In this document: positions 50,301 through 61,339 of the stretch, piece after piece | Numbering within the stretch: position 1 is the stretch's first letter | How the letters are laid out: each line of letters opens with the position of its first letter | Source of the DNA: Amoebophrya sp. A120 | Lineage: Eukaryota; Protista; Dinoflagellata | Assembly (NCBI GenBank): GCA_905178155.1 | Contig: CAJINV010000004.1 | Coordinates: forward strand, 9,834,625-9,898,624 | DNA length: 64,000 nucleotides | Reading direction: 5' to 3' | The notes under the pieces: model-generated | Told to the model about the DNA's origin: nothing | Databases searched by the model: none | The model's input: the letters and a program-made list of their open reading frames with translations, nothing else | Position numbers and translations under genes: made by a program

Positions 50301-52469
50301 ATGCTGCGGAAATTTGTCATGCATTTATACGAGTACGATACTTTTGCAGTTCATAATTCCTACAAGGAGACGACCTTGCGTCAGTACGAAGACATGAACG
50401 AACGGCTGAAAAAGCCCCCGGCGTTCAGTAGAATGGATTATCCCACAGAAAAAAGCTGGCAGGGCATATTTGTAATGCAAAAATAAGAATAAGTACACAG
50501 AAATGAAAAATCTATCATGGGCGGCCTCATAGCATGCTATTTAGGATATGCAATAGTGCAAATTTTTTTGTCTATTTATTTTTGCATTACAAATATGACC
50601 TGCCAGTTTTTTTCTGTGTGATATGGATCAGGAGTTACTCGGAGGAGCGGGAGCGAGTACAAGAACTGGGGAGCCACGACCAAGTGCGGCAACAAAACAG
50701 ACGAAGAGAAACAACACGACCTGCAGAGGAAGGGACCCTGCTCATGCTGTGCGACAGATCAGTAGCAGTTCCTCTTTGTTCATCGGAGCACCATCGGCTT
50801 TTGGTTCATCTGGATTCTTCGTGGGACGTCTTCCGACACCGATGCAGCGAGGAAGAGCACTCGCGTCGAGTTCCTCATTTTCTAATAACGTGCTGCAGGA
50901 GCAGCCACAACCGATTTTTCACGACATACGGAGCAGCGGCCAGAGTATCATGTCAGCGCCCTCTTTATTTTCCGGTTCCTCAACCATCGATGATGAATGC
51001 TCTCAGACGAGCACCAACTCCGACTACAGGATGCTGGCCAACCAACCGACTCCTGACCCTCAGCAGGAGAACATGAAAAAAACCCTCGCGGAGCGGCTGA
51101 GGCGGTTGCGCAAAAAGCAAAAACAGCTGCCAGCAACGCGGGGATCGCAGCAATTTCAGTTCGAGGTCAAGCAGCTGCAGCGAGCGGCACTGCTCCGGCC
51201 GAGCGGGGGTTCTTCGGGTTGTACTACTAGGGATCTCGCCGGAATGAAATCCCGGCAGCCGGAAGATGAGAGACAGGTGTTTGATAACTCCTTGTGTGGC
51301 GGGACTGCGAATGGAGGGATCATTCCAGGTCATAATTATCCGGGAATGTTGCCGTACGCGCAGCAGCAAGCACTTGCTTTTTCGCAAGGTGGTTTCTACA
51401 CGACCCCGGACGGTCGGATCATTTCCCCGGCCGAGGTGCAGCGAATACAACAGATGGCGCGCGTCCAAGGCGGATTACTACAGCAGAGTGGCACAGGTGC
51501 CCAGCAATATTTCTTACCCGGCGGCGTACTAGGAGCTGCAACTTCGTCGACTACCTTCTCCAAGAACGCCAACAAAAAGCCGCTGACCGCGAAAGAAAAA
51601 TCGTCCCAGATTTGGCACCGGAAAATGAAATTACGGCGGACCAAGATCTACCAGTACCTGGCAGGCAAACCCGCGAGTCGCGAGGAAAAGCTGCAATTAG
51701 CGGACAACAAAAGTCAGAAGACCCGTCCGAAGCCGAAAAACTGCACGAAGAAGCACCTACTGTACCACCCGCAACCCGCGTTGGATTTGATGCGGTATCA
51801 ACTGCAAAAATGTCTGGGTCTGGAAGGATGCAACTTGTGATGCTGCATTTGGATGTCAAAAAAATCTGTATTGTATGAGCAGCAAAAGGATTCTAATTTT
51901 TCCTCCCGGAGAGGGCATTTGTCATGCGGAATAGGCATCAAGAAGACCTCAGAAAATCTGTGATGCTAGGGCATGCATCACAGACTACATCATGGCTCAT
52001 GCAAAACGTGCATGACAAGTCTCAGAATCTTCCAGACCCAGACATATTTGCAATGCATATGCGGAATCTCTGTGCAACAGCCAACCCGCTGGACGCGAGT
52101 TTGCTGGAACGCGCGGATGTCTGGGGGGAGCATGCGGACTGGGCGGCCGTAGAGGAGTGGGAACAGAGGCAGCAGGAGGTGGAGGAGAGCGGAGTATTGG
52201 ACGACGGTCGTACTGTAGCTGTCAAGATGAACAACTACATGGCTCCTGCGAATAACGCTACGAACCATATAGAAGCTTTTGATGGGAAGCTGCAAATGCA
52301 AATCAGTCGCAACATGTTGGTGGAGCAACAGCGGTCCACCTCCTCCGTCGTCGCAACTTCCTCGCGGGTGGATCTTCGGCAGGAAAATGGGATGTCTCTC
52401 TGCTCGTCCCACTCCTCGTCGGAGGTCGGTGGGAGCGTCGGCTTTGAGAAAATGGACGTGGATTCGTAG
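47378..52469 (+). CDS. Hypothetical protein; possible PH-like segment (RSYYWFPANSEQEMLECFELAI)
   Basis: ORFs 47378, 50623 and 51924 join in frame across elements 48993-50127, 50210-50355, 50439-50623 and 51796-52059. The PH resemblance is weak. Confidence 0.65.
48993..50127. mobile_element. Family B introner expanded to 1.1 kb by nested insertion(s)
   Basis: B-type TIRs; DR CCGGA/CCGGA; frame restored (AAR-TRSYYWF). Confidence 0.88.
49406..49976. mobile_element. hAT-like MITE nested in the introner
   Basis: TIR TAGCAtccGGCCACCTCGTACTT / AAGTACGAGGTGGCCccgTGCTA; 8-bp flanks GCAATGCT/ACAATGCC; internal AAGTCAATTGACTT palindromes. Confidence 0.7.
50210..50355. mobile_element. Introner family A
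   Basis: DR ATTCC/ATTCC. Confidence 0.92.
50439..50623. mobile_element. Introner family I
   Basis: ~48-bp TIR TATCCCACAGAAAAAAGCTGGCAGGGCATATTTGTAATGCAAAAATAA; DR TGGAT/TGGAT. Confidence 0.9.
51796..52059. mobile_element. Introner family B
   Basis: DR TGCGG/TGCGG. Confidence 0.92.
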
Positions 52470-53322
52470 GACCCACGGGATGAAGAATCTACGTCAAGAG
52501 TAAACTGTTAAAGCCAAAGGACCGACGTATCAAGAAGCCGATATCAATGAAACGTGCAACAGCTGCTGCCATGGACCCCGTTCTGAATTTTAGAAGGAAA
52601 CAAGCGTAAACAATGGAGGAAGTTGTCTTTGAACGGAACAATCACACTGGATGAATTCTCGCACGGCATAGTCGCGAAGCCAAATCGTTTTTCCACCTGG
52701 TGATCGTGATCGAACAATTGCGAGGAATTAAGTACATTCACAATCGGCTGCGCTCAAGTTGTTACGAAAGGTCTCGGTGTAGTGCAAATGCTGCGACTGT
52801 GTCGACAAAAATAAGAAAAGGACGATCGCGATCAGAATCACAAAGTGGATCACAGCATGCGGTAAACCAAAATTAGCTTTCAAATCTCGTTCACCTTTTT
52901 GGTGGCAGCTCGGTCTTCAGATCCGAGAAGTTCAAGTTCTCGAGAAATCGATTAAGTACTTACCCAAAAAGATCTGGTCGGAGGAAATTGCAGTACCTGT
53001 TCGTGCGGATGGAAATGTTTTTGGTTTCGGAAAGTCTGAATCTGTATCTGGTGTATGATGTTGCGCCTCTTTTTCTTCATCAGGTCCGGTTTGTCCGATT
53101 GGTTCTTTAGAAAGCAAATTGATGAGTACCTTCCCCACCTTGTGCTCGTTGGAGTTTGTGTCTGTCTCTTTCAAGAAATAAATACACACCGACCACACCA
53201 TCACTGGTCGTGACGAGCAGTCAAAGGAAAATTTATCACGATATCGACGATCGTTGTTCTAAGAAAGAGGCCTTGCCGCCGCGTGACCTGTGCCAGGTAG
53301 TTCCTCGTCATAGCTGAGAAAG

Positions 53323-55875
53323 ATGTCTGTAACAGCGCCAACTCTACTTTTTACAACGTCGTCTGCGGGAGCCGCTACGGCTCCCATAGACATGGCCGGC
53401 CAAGATGTGGAAATGGCGACGCCTGAAGAGAATAAACAAGTCCCGGCAGGAAAAAATGAAATCTCCAACCCGAACGCCACAATCCCCCTTTTCATTTCTG
53501 AATTCCACGACGAGGCTCTTCGCGGACTACACTTTGCCATGCGCAAGAAACGACTCAAATGCGACAACCCCATCCTCCTGGTTCACTTCGACTCGCACCC
53601 GGATTTGGCCGTGTCGCAGGATTTGACCGCGGACCTGTGTCGGACGCCGGAGCAGCGGGAGATGGTGCACCGGAGAGCTGCTGCAGTTGGAGGAGGTCCA
53701 GATGGGGTGAATGAGCAGGATGACGCGACACTACCAGAGGAACAGCAAACTGACGTCCGCGATCTTTACACGGCCCTCCGCACGATTGAGGGCGGGATCG
53801 CCAGCTGGATCCTGCCCGCGGTCTTTGCCGGCATGATCGACGAAATCTGGTGGTTGAAGCAGCCGTTCTGCCGACAGATTCCGGAGGGGATCTACCAGGG
53901 AAGGGTGGGTGGTGCGACGAAAAGCAGTGCGTCGTCGTGTGTCGGTCCTGAGACTCGTGAAGAAGATCATGATGGGAAAAGAACGGACGAAAAGCAGCAA
54001 GAAGTACTGAAAGTGGATGGAGATTTTGCTGATTTGTGGTACTACGAAGGGGACGAGAAAGTCCAGAGACCAAAAGTACCGAAACCTGATTCTGAACCGT
54101 CTGTAGGAGTCGTACACGACATCAAAGACGAGGACACCCTCTCCGTTGACGCGAAACATTGGACGCTCGCTGTTCTGGAACGCCCGCAGGCAATTGCGCT
54201 CGCGGACCAACTGCAGCCTGCAGCTGTTGGGAGTGCTGACAAGCAGCCGCCGGTTCTTGTCAATCCTGCAGGAGAAATCCTAGCGAACGAAAATGCCGCA
54301 GAGTTACCTTCCGCCCCGGCCAGAAAGGAGTGGGCCCTGGACATCGACCTCGATTATTTCACGACCCGGAATCCCTTTACCATGGGGTTATCGGATGAAT
54401 TAGTCCAAACGCTGCAAGACGCGATCGATATCTGGGAGCACGCGTACCCGGAGAAAGACTTTCCGTTTGACACCACCTGGGCAGACGAGCTGGAGAACGA
54501 GAATTGGGAAAAATGCATGGAAATTCTGTTCCCGTACTTAGTTGAGCTCGAAACACAGCCACCCTTTTGCGCCGTACTGCCCGGCCTTTTCTTGTTCACA
54601 GATGGAGACCCTGGCAATAGTTCACCAGAACGCTTGCCGCGAAGCGACCTGGTTCGCCACGCCACCGCAATGAAAAACGCTTTGTTAGACTGGAAACGGC
54701 TCCGCCCCAGCACCGCAGAAATGGCGGTTTTGCTCGAAGCTGGACACATGCTCACACTGCCGCAGAACGTGCCATGTGATCGGCCTGGAGATCAAGGCAA
54801 AAACGAAGGGGATTTTTTTCGTCCGAAGGTAAAGGAAATCGAGGATCTTTTGCGGAGCATCATGCTCTCTGGTGCGACGAAAATGGACAACCAAGGTCAA
54901 GACCAGCAACGAGCGGCTGGAGTTCCGTCGAGTGAAAAGCATCTTCCTGGTCTTCCTATTCCCAACGCAGTAGAACCTGCACCGCAAGAACTACTCGAAG
55001 ATCACCCCATAATTTCGTCACCTCCAAGACTTCCGACAATCTTTTCCAGCGACACACCAAAGGACTACCAGACCTACTCGCATATTCGCACCACTCCCGT
55101 CGGGTTTCCAACGAAGCCGCAGCGGTTGTTGGCTGAGGCGAGGAAGTTAGGAACGCCGTCAAACCTGCAGCCGTATCCCTCGGTGATAACGATCGCACGG
55201 ATATCAAATGCAAATATGTCTGGGTCTGGAAGATTCTGAGACCACTTGTCATGCTAGTTTGGCATGACTCTAAACTCTGTATTGCGTGCCCGCGAAAAGG
55301 TGGTCTTGTCTGTCATGCAAAAACGTGGTTTCTCATGCGGAGTACGCAACTCAGAAGCACCAAAAAACTTGTCATGCTGGGGAGTGCACCACAGTGTGCT
55401 CACTATTGCTTTCCTTGCATCACAGGTTTCCAGACCCAAACATTTTTGCAGTTGATAACGGAGCTGCTCCGACAACTTCCTGCCGATGCGAATCTCGGCG
55501 CAGCTGGAAACCGCAGTGATTGAAATGTTGGAGCGAGTATGAAATGCAAAAATGTCTGGGTCTGGAAACTTGTGATGCTAAAATGTGCATGATGAAAACA
55601 CTTCCGAATGCAGTCCGGCATGACAACTTCCCAAAACGCTTTCTCATAGGCAATCCGCATGAGAAACTGCGATTTTGCATGACAAAAGAGGCTGCGACTT
55701 TTGTTCGTTATGCAATACAGATTTTCTAGGTATGGAGAGCTAGCATTACAAGTCCCAACCTTCCAGACCCAGACACTTTTGCAATCCATAACGAGTGTAT
55801 GGTGACGGTGGGGATAGTGTTGTCCCCGGCGGGGGCAAGAAAATTGAGCGGATGTATGCGGACGAGCTGCAGTAG
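53323..55875 (+). CDS. UPF0489 (C5orf22-like) family protein
   Basis: Motifs LVHFDSHPDL, IASWILPAVFAG, LDIDLDYFTTRNPF. After removing two elements the frame reads ITIARSCSDNFLP...ETAVIEMLERVY, with stop at 55873-55875. Confidence 0.85.
55202..55457. mobile_element. Introner family B
   Basis: DR ACGGA/ACGGA; splits ITIAR-S. Confidence 0.92.
55538..55790. mobile_element. Introner family B, opposite orientation to 55202-55457
   Basis: DR GCGAG/ACGAG. Confidence 0.92.
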
Positions 55876-56578
55876 AAGAATGTCAATGAATGTGCGTATG
55901 CTGCAACTGAATGTTGGAGGTTAAAGATGAAATAAAAGAAAAAGCGGAGATAATGAGAGACGTATCAATTTTGATCGTCGCCTTCTGTTGAGCTTGAGTC
56001 CGTCTTCATTTTCTGTTCAGAAATGCTTGAAGTTCGAGGAATCTTCCACAAGAATTTGCACTTCCTCCTGTTCCTCTGTTTACAGGTAAAAGTTCCCCTC
56101 AAAGTTGAATTGCAACAAGATGAAGATCAGCCCCGCTCCTGTTTCACAGGTCAAAATGAAGAAAGTGCAACGCACGATCTAAATGGGATATGTGGTTGAT
56201 CTTTGACGGAGGTCCTTTACGCCACGGAGAAAAAAGTGAGCTGTGATCATGTCGAATTTCTTGATCCTTCATGCTGGTTTTTCATTTTCGTACTGAAACT
56301 GCTTTCATTTTTGCGAATTACGATTCACAGCACCACCAGGTCAGTTCAGGTTTTCTATGAGCATGAAGACTTTGCGATTTCGTTCTTGGCTTGTTAAGAA
56401 AAAGCCCCATTATGTTTATGCGACCTCGTTAAGGTTATTACCAGTCCTGTCCATGGATGTGCTGTAGTTGCAATAAATGCGAACTCGACGATAAAGGTAC
56501 GAATTTGCAGTGAACATCACGCCTGAGAATTGTACGACAGAACATCATTTCTAAAGCCAACACCTCCTCCTAGCCAAC

Positions 56579-59500
56579 ATGCCGGGCAAGAACACCGTCG
56601 ACCGCAAGAAGAAGCGGGAGAACGTCCGCCATTTCCGGGTGGTGCAGAAACCCATTCTGGATGACAACGACGAGCAGAAGAATTACCTCGAGCCGTACCT
56701 CCCGATCAACGTGCGGAAAAACAAAAAACTAGACGAAGAAGAGGAGGAAAAACTTTTGTACAAGCCAATCAAAGGAGTCGATCTCGATGCGAAAAAGATT
56801 TTCGGTCTGGAGCAAGAGGACTGCTCCGAGGAGGAAAACGAGGATGACGAACAACACCAGCCGAAAAACAAGCGGCTGAATCAGGTTTTCAACAGCAAAA
56901 CCGAAGGCTACATCCGCGGCGCAGACTACGATTCCGATGAGGAATTGCTAAATGAGGAAGTTGCGGAGGAGGAAACCTACTTTCCCAACGATGGGTACGA
57001 CTACAACCAGCACTTGCGGGTCATGGACGAGCGGTTCGTGCAGAAGGCGGAGCAGCCGGTGACCACCCGCGCGGAGAAAATCGCGAGCAAGGTGAGTGCC
57101 AATTTGCCGGTGCAGTTGGTGCAGACCATGGAGGGCATGAAGGCGCCCATCGAAGAGGTGAAGCAGAAGTTGCAAAAGTCGGACAAGATCGACATTATGG
57201 AATTGCGAGACGCCGATACCGGCGAAACCGCGGGGACTGTCCAGGAACTGACAAAGCCCGTGACGTTTCGGGACGAATTCGATTCGAGGGTTGCCGCGGC
57301 GGAAGAGGTATAGAAGATACATGAGATACAACATCTGAAATCAGTTTTGATTTTTCGCTTTGTCCACTTTCACTTTCTCCTTTACCTTTTTGGAGCGCCA
57401 GCATAACCAAGACAATATTGAAGGTCCTCGTAATTGCCATGAGCAGAAATAATTATCGTGACGTTCTGTATCTGTTCCCAAACGACGTATCCTCAGCTTC
57501 CCGCCGACGTCCTAGAGGCTCTGGAGATGGACTACGAGGAAATTCTATCAAATGTAAAAATGTCTGGGTCTGGAAGAATGCAAGATTTGTCATGCATATT
57601 TTTCATCACCCATGATGCCTGTAATGCTTGGCCTAGCATCGCAGACTTTTAGAGGGTTTCCTGATGCACCTTCCGCATGAGAAATGCCCTGTCCGTGTAG
57701 CAAAATCTGTGCCCCTCTTGCTGGTCATGCTATACAAAACTTTTTTAGAGTCCAAAAACAGCATGACAAGTTGCAATCTTCCAGACCCAGACATTTTTGC
57801 AGTTCATAAATTCCCGAAGAAGCCGAGGGAGACGCTTTCCAGGAGTGGGACGACTTTTTCCACGTGGCCGGCGGCGTGGAGGACAAGCTGACCCAGCTGT
57901 GGGGCCAGGAGGGCGCGGAATTCGCGAAAATGGAGCGCGTGCGTCGGGGGGTCGGGATTTTGAATCTGCGTGCGGGGGAAAGTTTGTTCGGAAATACTAA
58001 CAAAACGAGTTGTGCTGACGGCGAGCAGTCCGACGAGGAGGAGTCGGATAATTCTGACGAAGACGACTCCGACTCCGACGGAACTTCCGATGAAGCCGAC
58101 CAGGACGAAGATGCAGAAGAAGACCTCGACCCGGAACTTGCGAAGCTCTACGCCGACGTGGACAAGCTGGATGACCAGCGACTCACGGCGAAGGAAACGC
58201 TGACAGAATTCCGCTTGCGGCAGATGCTCGAGGAGGGCTACGACGACACGAATCTCGGCGAATTGGACCCGGAGGAGGTGTATGCACTGCAAAAATGTCT
58301 GGGTCTGGAAGGTTGATGGAACTTATCATGCTAAATCTGAAGCATACAAACATCTGTGTTGCATGATTCCCAAACGCTGCCCAATTTTGATCAAGTTGAG
58401 AGGCAGTTTCTCATGCAGGACAGGCATGATAGGGATCTCACGGAATCTCATGCTAGGTCCTCCATTACAGATCATATGGGTCATGGAAAGCCTGCATGAC
58501 AAGTCTAGCATCTCACGGAATCTGTCATGCTAGGTCCTCCATTACAGATCATATGGGTCATGGAAAACCTGCATGACAAGTCTAGCAAAGTTCCAGACCC
58601 AGACATACTTGCATTTGATAAGGTGAATGGGGAGAAGGAGATGGAGGAATTCGACGACATTTTGGATGAGTATTTGGAGGAAAATATCCTGAGTAAAAAC
58701 GTACCCACACCATAGTCAAGATGGGGAATCGGCTAGACAAATCCACAAGCTTTGGCTGTTTTGCATGACAAATTTGGATTCGTAGTGTGATCCTGTTTCG
58801 CTAGCTCAGAAGCATTACAGATCTAGCCTACCATACTGATTCTAGCATCACAAATTCCAAAACACGAATAGAAAATGCTTCTCATAGGGCTCCGCATGAG
58901 AAACTTTTTTGGCATGCAGAATTGCGTGACAACTCTGGGGTGGGTACGTTTTTACATAGGATAGAAAAAGCGACCGTGAAGCGGTTCTGGCAGCAGGAGA
59001 TGCTGACGCTAAACCCCGGGAAGAAAAACAACTCCGCCAACAACCAATTTAGGGCCATGGTGGCCGGCACGAGCGACGACTGCTGTATAAGAACTACTGG
59101 TGCTGGTGTTCACGATGTTCTTGATGAAATAGACCCAGCAGGAGCCGAAGTAGACCAGATGAACCTAGTTCCTGCTGTATTGTGAGGAAAAATGTCCCCA
59201 CCCCATAGTCGAGATGGGAAGTCTGCAACACAAACCCGGAAGTTTTGGGAGTCACGCATGACAAGTTGCCCTCTGTATTGTAGTGCAGTTTCGCAAGGAC
59301 ATCCGCATCACAAAGCCAGCTTCTCATCCTATTTGCAGCATCACAAATTCCAAAACACGACTGGAAATGGCTCTCATGGGGATGCGCATTACAAGTCTTC
59401 CTGTCTTCGCATATCTGCATTACAACTCTGGGGTGGGGACGTTTTTACTCAGGATATGCTGCGCCGGGCGGGAAGTTTGACATTGACCAAAGCACCGGCC

Positions 59501-60598
59501 GTATCCTCTGCAAAAGTATCGTACTCGTACTAATTGCGTTTATGCATTACAAATTTTTTCGTGAAGGCAAATCCGCATTACAAATCCAATTTGTAATCCT
59601 AAGTGACTTTGTAATGCAATTTATACTAGTACGATAGGATACTTTTGCAGTTCATAGGCCGACGGGTGATCATGAAGGAGCAGTTTTCGCTAGAAGACCC
59701 ATTGGAGAAAGGCTTCCGAGATTCGAAGAAATCCAAGCGCATGAAAACGGTGGAGGGGAAGACCAGGCTCGGGCCAGGATTATTGGACTGTGTAGAGGAC
59801 TATGAGGAAGCTGGGAGGGTAAGTAAAACTGATGTGGTCGTTGTTGAGCAGGAGGACAAAAACGCAGCATCTGCTTCGTCTGACACCGAAGAGGCTGATG
59901 TTCCTGCGACGGAACATAGGCCAGACGCGTTGACAGAGAACCAAGGCCAAGAACACGATCACCAGTGCTCCTTCTACGAGAAGCCGACAAAGGACATTAT
60001 TCTCGCGCGGGTAGAGAAGATGGCGATGGAGGAAAAGGACGAGCCCGAGACGGAGGACGAAACAAACAAAAAAGTTCTCAAGCTTCTCGGGTACAAGGAA
60101 AAAACCGGTGTGGAATTCGATTGCGAAACGATTTTATCCACGCGGTCAAACCTCTCCAACCACCCGGGGAAAATTCTGGTTCAGTCGAGTAAGGCGAAAA
60201 AGAAACAGGCGAAAAAGAACGGGTTGCTGAGTGCAAGTGGGGCGGGTGGAGGTGGTGGTTCTCTTTTGGGCGACATTGCTGAGGAGGACGAGGAACAGAC
60301 GACAGATGATGAGGAGGACGAGGACTCAGACGCGGATAGCAACGCAGGAGACAACTCGTCCGATGCAGAGGAGGACGAGGAATTGCAGATTGTGGAGATT
60401 CCCGACAGAAAGAAAGGCGAGACGAAGGAGGAGAAGAAAGCGAGAAAACAAGCCGTGAAGCAAGCGCGGAAATTGTGTCGACAAACGAAAAAGGAAAACA
60501 CGGCTCTGTTTGCGCAGGAGGCGGCGAAACGGAAAAGAGAGAAAAAAACTGCGACAACCGGAGATGTGCGCCAGGGAGCGAGGGTCTTTGCGATTTAA
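56579..60598 (+). CDS. LTV1: LTV1 40S ribosome biogenesis factor homolog
   Basis: Motifs YFPNDGYDYNQHLR, DCETILSTRSNLSNHPGKI and RKKGETKEEKKARKQAVK. One canonical intron (57308-57496) and 5 introners. Confidence 0.85.
57546..57808. mobile_element. Introner family B
   Basis: DR AATTC/AATTC. Confidence 0.92.
58281..58620. mobile_element. Introner family B with an internal ~75-bp tandem duplication
   Basis: DR AGGTG/AGGTG. Confidence 0.92.
58685..58963. mobile_element. Introner family J
   Basis: TATCCTGAGTAAAAACGTACCCAC / GTGGGTACGTTTTTACATAGGATA; DR GAAAA/GAAAA. Confidence 0.92.
59178..59456. mobile_element. Introner family J
   Basis: DR TGCTG/TGCTG. Confidence 0.92.
59502..59656. mobile_element. 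Introner family A
   Basis: DR GGCCG/GGCCG. Confidence 0.92.
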
Positions 60599-61339
60599 GA
60601 AGGCTCTTCTTCGGAGAAGTATGATTCGGGCGAATATAGTGCCTCTGCTCTTCTCCGAGTCCATCGTGAATACGCGCTTTCTTGTTGCTTGTCCGACAGT
60701 TATAATGCGAGCGGTTCATCTGACATTGACGCACTGAAAATGCAAGAGTATCTCTCAGTAGTACAGGAGCGCACATGTGCGCGTTTTTGTTGCAGCAGTT
60801 TGCAATGTACTGGCTAATTCTCTCGAAGGTGCGCGATTGTGTGATGTTCAGTAGTGTGCTGTAACTGTAAGTAAGTACTATGTCTATGGCCAGTAGGCCT
60901 AGGCTGACAAAAATCAAAATGATTGTCCTGGTCGTCTCTCCGCCCAGTCTGTATCGTTCGTGCAGAGAGTAGCTGTAATACAGAGAGTTGCAACTACACA
61001 TTCGATTTCGAGTTCTACAACCAGAGCAGTGCTGAGAGGTCTAGTCCGTCTTACTCGTGGTCTGGTCGTCATTCATCTTCTCTTTTCCTCTCCTTCGTCC
61101 AAAATGTCGTGTCGAACTCGAGTAAATCGAACTGTGCTTAAATTGTGTGTTGATCATCATCATTCGAGCAGGAAAACAGGAAAACAACTTCTATTGCAGT
61201 TTCTTTTTCGGAGACGATAAAGATTTGTTTCAGTACATTATTCGGAAGTGACAGTTGTTTCTACTCGTAGTTTCTCTTTCTTGTGTATGATTTTGTTTCG
61301 AATAATTCGAACCAGAGCAAGACCACATCTTCTACGAAG

